Source of the DNA: an uncultured Alphaproteobacteria bacterium | GTDB taxonomy: Bacteria; Pseudomonadota; Alphaproteobacteria; Acetobacterales; Acetobacteraceae | Length of the DNA stretch: 64,000 nucleotides | Reading direction: 5' to 3' | NCBI GenBank assembly: GCA_963733925.1 | Contig: CAVTFL010000035.1 | Coordinates: 142,684-206,683 of the forward strand | Shown here: positions 20,863-31,273 of the stretch, in pieces | Layout: every line of letters begins with the position of its first letter | How positions within the stretch are numbered: position 1 is the stretch's first letter | The notes under the pieces: generated by a model | What the model was told of the DNA's origin: nothing | Database searches by the model: none | What the model saw: the letters and a program-made list of their open reading frames with translations, nothing else | Translations under genes and position numbers: made by a program

Positions 20863-22857
20863 ATGGCGGTGCTGGAGGGGTTTCGCGCTGTGCAGGTCGG
20901 TCCGGGTCTGGCGGCCGCCGTATGTGGGCGGATGGTCGCGGATGTCGGCGCGGACGTGACCCGTATCGATCCGGACCGATCCACCCCGCTGTCGGCGTAT
21001 TTGAACGATGGCCCCTCGGCGCCCGGGAGTCTGGAAGCGGCCCATCTGATTGTCTGCGAGGGCAGCCCCGCGACGCTTCGGCGCGCTGGTCATGACGCAG
21101 AGACCCTGCGCCGCTGCAACCCATCCGCCGCGATTGTCCTGATCTCCCCTTTCGGCCAAACCGGCCCCCGCGTCGAGGAGCCCGCTACCGACCTCACTCT
21201 CTTCTTTGCCAGTGGCATCGCTCGGATGCTCACCGGTCAGGTGGACGACCTCGACGAACCGCCGATGCCCCCCGTGGGTCAGCAGTCCGCTTTTCTCGGC
21301 GGCCTCGCAGCAGCCTGCGCCGGCATGCACGCCGCCCTAATGGGAAACGCTGCGGTCGTCGATATCTCAATCCACGAAGCGCTGACGACCCTGGCAATGA
21401 CGGAACTGTCACGCGCCGGCCAGACGGGGAAAAGCTGGTCGCGCAAGCGCGTAGACGATGGGAACGGTGCCACGGTCTGCATTCTGCCGGCCAGCGACGG
21501 ATATGCCGCAATCTCGCCGCGCGAGGAGCGCCAATGGGCCTCCTGGCTGGAGGCAATGGGTTCGCCCAGCTGGGGCCGAGAACCCCGTTTCGTCACCAAA
21601 AAGGACCGTATCGCTAACTGGGATGCGCTGCATGCTCTGATGGCGGCGTGGAGCCGCGACAAAACCAAAGACTGGATCGCCAAAACTGCCCAGGCCGCGC
21701 ATGTCCCCAGTTTCCCGCTCTGCGAACCTGAGGAGCATCTGGAGTCCGCGCAGCTTGTGCACAGGAGGTTCTTCCGGACCGTTTCGATGGGCGGGCAGAC
21801 GGTGCGCGTGCCGGGTTCGCCGTTCGGGTTGCGGCTTCATGCCAGCCATCCGGGTGCCCCGACAGACGGTCGGCTCCCGCTCTCCGGTATCCGTGTCCTC
21901 GACTTCAGTTGGGTGATCGCCGGCCCCACCGCGACACGCTATCTGGCGGCGATGGGGGCCGACGTCATCAAGGTCGAAGCGCCCGGCCGAGGCGATCCGG
22001 GGCGGGCGTCCGAACTGCACACGGTCCTGGGGCAGGCAAAAAGATCCATCGTTCTGGACCTGAAAAAGCCCGAAGCCATCGGCATCGCACAAGCGTTGGC
22101 TGCCCAATCCGATGTGCTGGTGGAAAACTTCGCCACCGGTGTGATGGACCGTCTGGGCCTGGGTGCCGAGGCCCTGCATGCTGTCGCTCCCGACCTGATC
22201 TATGTGTCCGCCTCCGGGCTAGGGCGCACCGGGCCGGAATTGCATGCCGTCGCCTACGGGACGTTGCTGCAATGCTACGCCGGGTTCGCTGGCCTGAACC
22301 GCCATCCCGGAGTGCCACCGCGAGTCGGCATGGCGTGGCTGGATCCAATGTGCGGGCTGATGCTGGCGTTCATCACCGCAGCCAGTATCTGGCGTCGCCG
22401 CACCGGCGCGGTGGCTCGGGTTGATTTCTCCATGATCGAGGCAATGCTGTGGACCATGGCGGAACCGCTGCTGATGGAGCAGGTGCCGGACATGCGTCCG
22501 CCCGACCGAGGTGCGGTCTACAAATGTGACGGCCCTGACGATTGGCTCAGCGTCGAGCCTGCGCAGGCGTCTCCACCCCGCGATTGCGATGCAGCACACT
22601 TTACCCGAACCGGCACCGCTGCGGCGGCTCTGGCTCGGTCGGCCGATCTCGTTGCCTGCCCTCATCTCGAGGCCCGGCGTTTCTGGGATGCGCATGGCGC
22701 GGGCGTACTGCCGGGATTGCCATGGCGGGCGTCGTTCGGCCGGGCGACCGGACCGGCCCCGCAGTTGGGCGCCCACACGGACGCGGTATTGTGCGAGGTG
22801 CTGGGTATGCGGACACCCGAGATCGCAGCATTGCGGAACGCTGGCATCCTGGGCTAA
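20863..22857 (+). CDS. Family III CoA-transferase, two fused CaiB/BaiF domains
   Basis: VLEGFRAVQVG...GADVTRID and PLSGIRVLDFSWVIAGP...GADVIKVE, ENFATG, APQLGAHT. Confidence 0.9.
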   Translation: MAVLEGFRAVQVGPGLAAAVCGRMVADVGADVTRIDPDRSTPLSAYLNDGPSAPGSLEAAHLIVCEGSPATLRRAGHDAETLRRCNPSAAIVLISPFGQTGPRVEEPATDLTLFFASGIARMLTGQVDDLDEPPMPPVGQQSAFLGGLAAACAGMHAALMGNAAVVDISIHEALTTLAMTELSRAGQTGKSWSRKRVDDGNGATVCILPASDGYAAISPREERQWASWLEAMGSPSWGREPRFVTKKDRIANWDALHALMAAWSRDKTKDWIAKTAQAAHVPSFPLCEPEEHLESAQLVHRRFFRTVSMGGQTVRVPGSPFGLRLHASHPGAPTDGRLPLSGIRVLDFSWVIAGPTATRYLAAMGADVIKVEAPGRGDPGRASELHTVLGQAKRSIVLDLKKPEAIGIAQALAAQSDVLVENFATGVMDRLGLGAEALHAVAPDLIYVSASGLGRTGPELHAVAYGTLLQCYAGFAGLNRHPGVPPRVGMAWLDPMCGLMLAFITAASIWRRRTGAVARVDFSMIEAMLWTMAEPLLMEQVPDMRPPDRGAVYKCDGPDDWLSVEPAQASPPRDCDAAHFTRTGTAAAALARSADLVACPHLEARRFWDAHGAGVLPGLPWRASFGRATGPAPQLGAHTDAVLCEVLGMRTPEIAALRNAGILG

Positions 22858-23196
22858 CGCTGGTTGTGGCGGCGCGCGACAATTAACAGCCGACGCGCAA
22901 AAGATAGCCTGAGACGCACACCGCCCGCAGCAGCCATCCAAACGGCACCGATTGGCCAATTCCAATCCGACACGCTTCGGGCGGTGCTGGGCGGAAAATG
23001 GCAATCCCCCATTATCGGCGTCTCGGCAGCTCCTCACACAAGGCGGACACTCATTGGTGGGCACAGCCCGACTGCAAGCATCCATTGACGGCTACCGCTT
23101 GCTCCTCCCTTAATCGATTGGGAAAACGAGGGGGTGAGGCGGAGATCCCGTGCGAGACGATTAAATGGATGTCTTTCAAATAGAAGGAGACAGCCG

Positions 23197-24110
23197 GTGT
23201 CCCAACGAATTGAAAAATTTGGCGACGAACTGACCAAGTTGATTAAACAAGGCGATGAGCTCCTTATGGCGATGCGGAATGACTGCCATCCAAAAGAATT
23301 GAGAAGCGGATAAAGAAAGCTCTTAACAATGATGGTGATAAGGTAAAAAATTACCTGGCTGGCCTACCTAACTTCCGATCGGAGTATCAAGGAAGGTACT
23401 CCAAATCTCAAGCGGTGATTAAACAGGTTTTGCCTGATAGGCTAAAAGATTTTGTGTCTTATTACGAATATCAGAAGCCACGAAAGGAAATCACCTTTGA
23501 AAATTATATGATACGAGACTATCTACAAGGATTGCTGGTTACTAGGGGTGCGAACTCCGAAGTTGTGGCGGACAAGAGCGCGGCAATCGGTGAATTCGAA
23601 CAGCAGTTAAATTTGGTCAAAGCGGCGAAGGGACTCGCTTTCGTCGACCCTAATGGACCTTAGGGCCGTTCTTCAAGCTGACCTGTTTGACACGGAGATA
23701 GAAACCGCCGCAGCGCTCGCTAAGGCCGGTTACCTGCGAGCCGCCGGCGCAATTTGTGGCGTTGTGCTTGAAAAGCACCTTTGCATGTTTGTGACCTACA
23801 TAGCCTGACGGTTAAATGGAAACATCCTGGAATCTCTGACCTGAACCAATTGCTTAGGGACGCAGATATTACCACGGTTCCACAGTGGAGGTTCATTCAG
23901 CATCTCGCCGACATAAGAAACATCTGTGATCATGCAAAGGGCCGAGAGCCCACCAAAGAAGAAATTGACGACTTGGTCGCAGGATCAGAAAAATCCTCAA
24001 AACTATATTTCGACAGAATAAGAGACTGTGGCACACACCGGCCGATGGTTGATCCGAACCGAGGGTTTGCAGTGGCGGACATTCCGCCTCCCACCCGAAA
24101 TCCGGCATAA
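23197..24110 (+). pseudogene. AT-rich HEPN-like (Rx4H) protein, interrupted by several indels
   Basis: GTG after AGAAGGAGA RBS; pieces QADLFDTEIETA, LRAAGAICGVVLEKHL, LADIRNICDH. Confidence 0.7.
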
Positions 24111-24293
24111 GCGCTTCTTCCCCGCCTGTCAGCTTTAGAGGCGCAGGCCGGGTGGGCCGAACAACCACCAAGGGCGCATATCCTCCATCGACGGAGCCGT
24201 TTCTATGAACCGCCATGGCCTTCAGTGGAAGTCCGACAGTCGCTTCCGCGTCAGGTAGTGTGAACCGGGGAATGGCCATCTATTGCGCGCCGG

Positions 24294-25213
24294 TTAGAAC
24301 TCCCCGCTCCGATAGGCCTCGTCCAGCCGCCGTGCATCCTCCTCGGACGGTTCCGGCCAGGGTTCGCCGCGTTTGCGCAACGTCCCGGTGAAATGCGGCG
24401 GACGCTTTTCGTTGAACGCCGCTCGGCCTTCCTCGCCGTCCATCGTCGTCTGGATCAGCAACGAGTTGATCAGGTTCTGCACGTGCCACGCCTGATCATC
24501 CGGCAGGTTGCCGAAGCGAACCACGAACTCCTTCATCATCCGCACCGCGGCGGGTGGCAGAGTAACGATGTGGCGCGCCAGCTTCTCCGCGCGCTGCCAT
24601 AAGCTCGGCATGGGGCACGACCTCATTGACCAGACCCACGCGCAGCGCCTCGGCGGCATCGAACGGTTCGTCGGTGAGGAGAATCTTCATCGCGTCGACA
24701 TAGCGAAGCTGCTTGATCAGCATGCTCGCGCCTGGACCGTTGCCAAGCCAGCCCTGGCTCAGCAGTCCGAATTTGAACCGGGCATTCTCCGCGCTGGCGA
24801 TGCGGATATCGGTGGAGGTCAGCAGCATATACAGCCCCGCCCCGGCGGCCCAGCCATTGATCGCGGCGATGACCGGCTTCCAGACCCGCGGATAGTGGTC
24901 GCCCATGCGGCCATCGACCCCGGTCTTCTGCCCATGCACCGTCCCCGCGAGCGGCCAGTAGATGCGCTGCGTGCGGAGATATTCGCGGTCCTCCGCTGTC
25001 AGATCCGGGCGTGGCGCCAGGTTGTGGCCACCGCAGAAATGCCGGTCGCCCGCGCCGGTGACGATGGCGCAGCGGATATCGCGGTCTTCCCACAGAGTCG
25101 ATCCAGGCCTCCGAGATCGCGTCGGAGGTCGGCTTGTCGAGGATGTTGGCTTTCCCCGGGTTGTTCAGGGTGATGTACGCGACCCCGTCTCTCTTTTCGT
25201 AGTCGATGGGCAC
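24294..25213 (-). CDS. Enoyl-CoA hydratase/isomerase, frameshifted
   Basis: VAYITLNNPGKAN, KPVIAAINGWAAGAG, DIRIAS, EALRVGLVNEVVP, EGRAAFNEKRPP. Confidence 0.88.
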
Positions 25214-25431
25214 GGACGAGGTCCTCCTGATATTATCCCATCTGGAAGCTAGTGCATGATCGTGCTGAGCGGAACGCCCACGCGCGTGAATCGTGCGGTC
25301 GACCCGGCAGCGCGGCCCGTTCACGTGCCATGAACGAAACGCTTGGAAACAAGGAGATAGGCACTGCTCCCTCCGCAGTAGGGCGGCAGGGCTCGATGGC
25401 GGCACCGCGTCCGGCTGGCAACCAACCGGCG

Positions 25432-25447
25432 CTAAGGGTTTGTTAAC
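25432..25447. promoter_or_regulatory. CtrA-like box CTAA-N7-TTAAC
   Basis: CTAAGGGTTTGTTAAC, about 45 nt before the next gene. Confidence 0.4.
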
Positions 25448-25491
25448 CTTTTGCTGGCAAACTGCACCGCCGCAACCGAGACGAGAACCCG

Positions 25492-26723
25492 ATGTCGTTT
25501 ATCGACGCAGCAATCCCCACGCTCAGCGACACGCTTGTACCACCAACCGGTACGCGGCACAGCGGATCTGACGGCGTTCGCCTACCAGGGTAATGGCTAC
25601 GAGGCACTGCTGGAGCGCATCGGGCGGGAAGTTGACCCAGCGGCGCACCTATACGACCGATCGATCGCCTCCCAGCTTGCCTTCCGCCGAGCGGAGGGGT
25701 TGCTGCTGCAGGACGCTGCACTGGAAGCCAACCAGATCTACCGTATCGGGGCCGCACCCGACGGAGCATTGCGGCTGCTGGCGCTGGTCAGCCCGGGCGA
25801 CCTGATGACCAATACCCCGTTGGACTTCATCACCAACCATCTGAACGTCCGCCTCGACCTTCTCTACCTGCTGCCTGATCGACCCCTGCCGGCGTCGATC
25901 CCGGACCACGACATCGCGTTCTTCGCCGTGGGAGAGGCCGACCCGCCGGAGATCGATCGTCTGCGGCGTCTGTTCGCGCGATGGCCGCGACCCGCACTGA
26001 ACAACCCCAACGTTCTGCCAGCGCTGGAGCGCGACACGCTGGCGGGGTCGCTGGCGCGGCTTCCCCGGGTTGTGCGTCCCATGCACTGTCGCGGTGGACC
26101 GCCTGGCCCTGGAAGCGCACATCGAATACGGCGCCGAGATCGCGGGTTTCGCCCCGCCGCACGGCCCGTACCCTTGCCTGATCCGGCCGCTTTCCTCTCA
26201 CGCCGGCACCGGCCTGGCGCGGGTTGAAAGCCCGGCGGAACTGGCGAAATATCTGCATTTCTCCTTCGAGCGGCGATTTTTCCTGACCGCGTTCGAGGAC
26301 TACGCCGGTCCCGATGGGATGTATCGCAAGTCCCGCGTTGCCTTCATCGACCGGGAGCCGTTCCTGTGCCACATGGCGATTTCCAGCCATTGGATGGTTC
26401 ACTATCTAAACGCCGGCATGGCCGAGTCCGCCGAAAAACGTGCCCAAGAGGCCGGTGCGATGGCTGACTTCGACCAAGACTTCGCCTCCCGCCACGCAGC
26501 TGCGTTCGACGCACTGCACCAGCGGCTGGACTTGGACTACTACTCCATCGACTGCGCCGAGACCCAGGACGGCCGCCTGCTGCTGTTCGAGGCTGACGCC
26601 GCCGCCATCATCCACCTGATGGACCCTCCTGATCTGTTTCCATACAAACAGGCGCCGATGCGCCGGATCTTCGCCGCGTTCGAGGACATGCTGCGCCGCC
26701 GCGCCGGTCAGACGAACGTCTAA
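25492..26723 (+). CDS. ATP-grasp/RimK-like protein of unknown function, frameshifted
   Basis: GDLMTNTPLDF, LIRPLSSHAGTGL, YRKSRVAFID, WMVHYLNAGM, LDYYSIDCAE...LLFEAD. Confidence 0.7.
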
Positions 26724-28609
26724 AGATCAACCTGTCCGAACATTCTCACCCGATCCGCCCTTACCCGCCGCTCGTCACCACGGCGGATCGTCACTCCGGC
26801 CTTGTCGAAGAACTCCAAAATCTGGATTGCAACCTTGCGCCCGTTGTCCAGCCGGTCGCGGAACAAAGCGGCTGTCAGCGATCCATCTTCGCCTGCGATT
26901 TGAGCTGCGATCGCAGCCATCTCCGCGACGGTCTCACGGAGAAAGAAATTGTCTGGGGCGATCTCGATCACCTGGCCCATGCGCATCGCCAGCTTCAGCG
27001 TCCGCCGTGCGGCCGCTTCGGGCACCTTCAGCACCCCAGCGATATCCCGCGTGCGCGGCGGCCGGAAACGCTCAGCCGCGATCAGCGCCCGCGCCGCCTG
27101 CCATAGTTTCTCATCCCGGGGCGACAGACTGACGTGATGGCCGGGCAGCCGAAACCATGGGCCATCCTGGGCGAGTACGCCCTCACGCAGCAACGCCTCC
27201 AATATCGCCGGGAACTGAGATACCGGCGGTCGATCAGGCAGCGCCAGCCGCAACCGCTCGGTTTGCAACCCCGGCAGGTCTGGCGAGGCCTGGTGATGCG
27301 CCTCGAGTGCTGCAATGACCAAAGCGCGAATGCCATCAAGGGCAGGCGGCGAGAGGATCAACCCACCAACTGCCACGGCCGGAACAGCCGCGATCAACGC
27401 CGGACGATCTAACTGCAACACGTTGCGAGCACGCATCAACCCCGCTGCTTCGGTCCAGCCCGGTGCAAGGGCCAACAACCCCCGGAGCGCGTCCGCCGTG
27501 TCGCCAGTTTCAAGCGAGCGGAGTTGTGCGAGCCTCAGTGGGGTTCGGCGCCCGCGCCGAGGCGGAAACGGGTCCAGCACAACTCCGCCACCGATCGTGC
27601 ATGCCGCCCCGGCATCCCGCAGCACGATCCGGTCGCGCGCCAACGCGCCGATCGGCTGCGGCAAGGTCACCCGGACCAACGCGCCCTCCCCCGGATCGAG
27701 TAACTCGCGATCCAGCAACGACACCCGCGCCATCGAGTGCGCGGCGCCCAAATGCAGATGCACCTGCGTGTCCTGCCGCAGACCCCTGGAAGCATCCGGC
27801 AACAGCGTGATCCGAGCGTCGATTGCGGCGGTGGGAGCATGGATGTCTGGATGCAGTACCCAGTCGCCGCGCGTCACCATGTTCTTCGAGAGTTTCGGGC
27901 CAGTGATGTTCAAGGCCACGCGCTGGCCGGCGACGGCCTCCATAGCGGGCTTGTTCTGGGCGTGCAGGCCGCGGATGCGCACCTCCAGGCCAGAGGGCGA
28001 CAGCACCAGACGGTCCCCCGCCGCGATGCGTCCTGCGACGAGCGTTCCCGTGACGATCAGCCCGGCCCCAGGCAATGTGAACGCCCTGTCCACCGCCAGG
28101 CGCGGGTAGCCTAGCGGGTCGCGAGGCGGCCCCGCGGAGGCCCGGAGCGCAGCGCGCAGGTCGCCGATGCCGTGGCCGGTGAGCGCCGAAACCGGGACCA
28201 ACGGCGCCTCCGCCAGAGGGGACTGAGCCAGCAGCGACTGTAGCGCTGCGGAGACCTCCGGGATGCGGTCCGGCGCGAGGTCCACCTTGGTCAGGGCGAC
28301 GACGCCTCGATCAATCCCCAGCAGAGACAGGATCTGGAGGTGCTCGCGGGTTTGCGGGCGTATGCCCTCCGGCAGCGCCACCACCAGCAGGGCCGTGTCG
28401 ATCCCGCTCGCGCCAGCGACCATTGTATGCACGAAGCGCTCGTGCCCGGGAACGTCGACGAAGCCGAAATCTTCGGCGTAGGCATAACCGAGGTCAATAG
28501 TGATGCCGCGTCGCTTCTCCTCCGCCAGGCGGTCGGTGTCGACGCCGGTCAGTGCCTTGATCAGCGCGGTCTTGCCGTGATCGACATGGCCCGCAGTACC
28601 AATGATCAT
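26720..28609 (-). CDS. selB: Selenocysteine-specific elongation factor SelB
   Basis: MIIGTAGHVDHGKT, EEKRRGITIDLGYA, DVPGHERF, C-terminal RKVAIQILEFFD...R.GDER. Confidence 0.95.
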   Translation of the reverse strand: MIIGTAGHVDHGKTALIKALTGVDTDRLAEEKRRGITIDLGYAYAEDFGFVDVPGHERFVHTMVAGASGIDTALLVVALPEGIRPQTREHLQILSLLGIDRGVVALTKVDLAPDRIPEVSAALQSLLAQSPLAEAPLVPVSALTGHGIGDLRAALRASAGPPRDPLGYPRLAVDRAFTLPGAGLIVTGTLVAGRIAAGDRLVLSPSGLEVRIRGLHAQNKPAMEAVAGQRVALNITGPKLSKNMVTRGDWVLHPDIHAPTAAIDARITLLPDASRGLRQDTQVHLHLGAAHSMARVSLLDRELLDPGEGALVRVTLPQPIGALARDRIVLRDAGAACTIGGGVVLDPFPPRRGRRTPLRLAQLRSLETGDTADALRGLLALAPGWTEAAGLMRARNVLQLDRPALIAAVPAVAVGGLILSPPALDGIRALVIAALEAHHQASPDLPGLQTERLRLALPDRPPVSQFPAILEALLREGVLAQDGPWFRLPGHHVSLSPRDEKLWQAARALIAAERFRPPRTRDIAGVLKVPEAAARRTLKLAMRMGQVIEIAPDNFFLRETVAEMAAIAAQIAGEDGSLTAALFRDRLDNGRKVAIQILEFFDKAGVTIRRGDERRVRADRVRMFGQVDL

Positions 28610-28928
28610 GCCGGGTCCCGTAATATAGTTTTGATCCGGGCCGCCTTCCGGGCGTTGCTCTTCATCGCCCCACATGACCGAGCGCTGGCGGTGGCCTCCG
28701 ATCCTGCCACGTAGTTGTGGCGATTGCACGTGTGGTTGCTAAATCGCCACCCTTCGGTGATCGAAGCCCTGCCCGGTTAGCTGCGACTAGCAATGATTTT
28801 GTAGGGTTCCGCCGGTCGCGCGCAGGCTCTTGTTAGATCAGCCAGGAGCGGCCGGCCAAACGGACAAATCCTTGCCCCTTGTGCCCATCCCACGTTACCC
28901 ACGACCAGAACAATGCGAGCGACGCTAC

Positions 28929-29369
28929 GTGCAACAGACAACGCTGGAGCGGTTGCTGCGAAGGCACCCCGCTTCCCCGGCCCGACGCTTGATCATTACC
29001 CAATTCCTTCGCTTCGGCACTGTCGGGGGGATCGGCTTCCTGATCGACACCGCGACCGTTTACGGGCTGCGGCACGCGCTCGGTCTTTACGGCGCCGGAC
29101 TCGTCGCCTACGTCATCGCCGCCACCGGCAACTGGGTGCTCAATCGCGTTTGGACCTTCCGCGGCCAGGGATCGGGACCGGCCCACCGACAATGGGCCAT
29201 GTTCATGCTGACCAATCTCTGTGGCTTCGTTCTGAACCGAGGCACCTACGCCCTGTTGGTCACCTTCATACCCGTCGCGGCGCAGCAGCCGATCATCGCC
29301 ACCGCCTCGGGTGCAATCGCCGGAATGTTTGTTAATTTCAGCCTCTCTCGCCGACTGGTCTTCCGCTGA
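28929..29369 (+). CDS. GtrA-family protein
   Basis: QFLRFGTVGGIGFLID, NWVLNRVWTF, NFSLSRRLVF. Confidence 0.88.
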   Translation: MQQTTLERLLRRHPASPARRLIITQFLRFGTVGGIGFLIDTATVYGLRHALGLYGAGLVAYVIAATGNWVLNRVWTFRGQGSGPAHRQWAMFMLTNLCGFVLNRGTYALLVTFIPVAAQQPIIATASGAIAGMFVNFSLSRRLVFR

Positions 29370-29452
29370 ACCCCCGCTCGGTTCGTTGTGTGTTCGCGTG
29401 ATCGCGCTCACCTCAGCAGAAAAGATCCGACTCCCGTACACCCGTCTGTGGC

Positions 29453-29468
29453 GTTAACGGTTTTCTAA
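29453..29468. promoter_or_regulatory. CtrA-like box GTTAA-N7-CTAA
   Basis: GTTAACGGTTTTCTAA, about 40 nt upstream of the sugar transferase. Confidence 0.4.
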
Positions 29469-29507
29469 GCAAAAGCTGCCAAAGCTCGCGAGGATCGAAC
29501 CCAATCG

Positions 29508-30236
29508 ATGCAGCGAAGCATGTCCGCGTTCCGTCACTCCGATTTCGAGAGCCTCGCGTACAGCAGCGGCAGACTGTCGCTGGCCCCGCTCTCTTTCCAA
29601 TCGCGCGACTTAGGCGGCAATGCGATGGGGCCCCAGGATATCTTCGTCAAACGCGTATCCGATATCGTTCTGGCTCTGACGTTCCTCATACTGGCCGGTT
29701 TGCCGATGCTGCTGATCGCCGCCGCGATCCGTCTAACCAGCAAAGGCCCAGCCCTATTCCGACAAGAGCGGATCGGCCTGAACGGCGACAGGTTTGTCAT
29801 GCTGAAATTTCGTACCATGCTGAACATCCCGGTCACCCCGGGATCGTGCCGGCAAGCCACCCGCCATGACCCCCGCGTGACGCGGGTCGGCGCTTGGCTT
29901 CGCTCTACGTCCTGCGACGAGCTTCCACAGTTGCTCAACGTGCTCATGGGATCAATGTCCCTGGTGGGCCCGCGTCCGCATGCCCCAGGCACCTGCGTTG
30001 GCGGCCGCCCATTCGAGGCGATCAGCCATCGCTACGCGGGCCGGCACCGAGTCAAACCCGGCATGACCGGCCTGGCACAAATCCGTGGCTGGCGTGGCGA
30101 GACCAATACCGAAGAGAAATTGCTCTGCCGTATCGATAGCGACCTTGAATACATTGCTTCCTGGAGTCTCGGCGCGGACCTGCGGATCATCGGCCGCACC
30201 ATCGCCACGGTGCTGCGAATGCCCAACGCCTACTAG
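29508..30236 (+). CDS. Priming polyprenyl-phosphate sugar transferase
   Basis: KRVSDI, FRQERIG, KFRTM, DELPQLLNVL.GSMSLVGPRP, VKPGMTGLAQ. Confidence 0.92.
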   Translation: MQRSMSAFRHSDFESLAYSSGRLSLAPLSFQSRDLGGNAMGPQDIFVKRVSDIVLALTFLILAGLPMLLIAAAIRLTSKGPALFRQERIGLNGDRFVMLKFRTMLNIPVTPGSCRQATRHDPRVTRVGAWLRSTSCDELPQLLNVLMGSMSLVGPRPHAPGTCVGGRPFEAISHRYAGRHRVKPGMTGLAQIRGWRGETNTEEKLLCRIDSDLEYIASWSLGADLRIIGRTIATVLRMPNAY

Positions 30237-30250
30237 ATGGAACCGCAGCG

Positions 30251-31273
30251 ATGTCCGAGACCCTAGAGGCGCTCGCGCTCAAAGTTCCAGAGAATCGCTG
30301 GCAATCGGACAAGTCGATCGCGGAGCAGCTTGGACTGATCGCCGATCAGCCGCAGGTCGCGGTGCTGATTCCCTGCCGCAACGAAGAAGCAGCCATCGGC
30401 AAGGTAGTGTCTGACTTCAGACGCGTTTTGCCCGACGCGATCATCTACGTTTACGATAACAACTCTTACGACCACACCATCCTGGAGGCGCGGGCGGCCG
30501 GAGCAGTGGTGCGGCGGGAGCGACTGCAGGGCAAAGGCCATGTCGTCCGGCGCATGTTCGCGGATGTCGATGCCGACGTTTATATTTTGGTAGACGGCGA
30601 CGACACCTACGATCCCGCCGTCGCGCCCGGCATGTTGAAAATGCTGATCGACGGCCAGTTGGACATGGTAAGCGCCGCCCGCTACGGCGCGGTGCACGAT
30701 GCATATCGGCTCGGCCATCGACTCGGCAACGTCTTGTTGAGCGCACTCGTGTCTTGGACGTTCGGCGGCGGCATCACTGATCTGCTTTCCGGCTACCGCG
30801 TGTTCAGTCGCCGCTTCGTCAAGTCTTTCCCGGCTTTGTCATCTGGTTTCGAAACAGAAACCGAATTCACCATCCACGCTCTGAGCCTGCATATGCCGGT
30901 GCAAGAGGTGCGCGCGCATTATCGGATCCGAGCGGCAGGGACGTCGTCCAAACTGAGCACGCTCAAGGACGGCATACGAATCCTGCAGGCGATCCTCACG
31001 CTGATCCAGCACGAACGGCCGCTTCAGGTCTTCAGCGTCAACGCACTGGTTTTGCTGATCGCCGGCATCAGCCTGGGCGTCCCAGTGGTGATAGAGTTTG
31101 AACGAACCGGCCTCGTCCCCCGCCTGCCGACGGCGCTGCTGTCGACCGGCCTGGTGCTGCTGGCAAACCTCTCAATGACCTGCGGATTGATCCTGGATGC
31201 GGTGTCACGCACCCGCAAAGAGAATAAGCGTCTGGCCTACCTCGCGATCCTGCCTTTGGAAATTGCCGAATGA
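30251..31273 (+). CDS. Glycosyltransferase family 2 (GtrB-like) with C-terminal TMs
   Basis: LIPCRNEE, YDNNS, QGKG, VDGDDTY, DLLSGYRVFSRRFVKSFP. Confidence 0.9.
   Translation: MSETLEALALKVPENRWQSDKSIAEQLGLIADQPQVAVLIPCRNEEAAIGKVVSDFRRVLPDAIIYVYDNNSYDHTILEARAAGAVVRRERLQGKGHVVRRMFADVDADVYILVDGDDTYDPAVAPGMLKMLIDGQLDMVSAARYGAVHDAYRLGHRLGNVLLSALVSWTFGGGITDLLSGYRVFSRRFVKSFPALSSGFETETEFTIHALSLHMPVQEVRAHYRIRAAGTSSKLSTLKDGIRILQAILTLIQHERPLQVFSVNALVLLIAGISLGVPVVIEFERTGLVPRLPTALLSTGLVLLANLSMTCGLILDAVSRTRKENKRLAYLAILPLEIAE

Noticed and set aside
23035-24090. GGCGGACA motifs flanking the AT-rich genes (also near 10525) as cassette recombination sites
   Set aside because: Too short for GC-rich DNA; no attC-like hairpin or integrase is visible
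23893-24279. 128-aa minus-strand ORF
   Set aside because: No family motif; overlaps the HEPN-like gene antisense
28610-28928. tRNA-Sec next to selB
   Set aside because: No UCA anticodon arm or cloverleaf found
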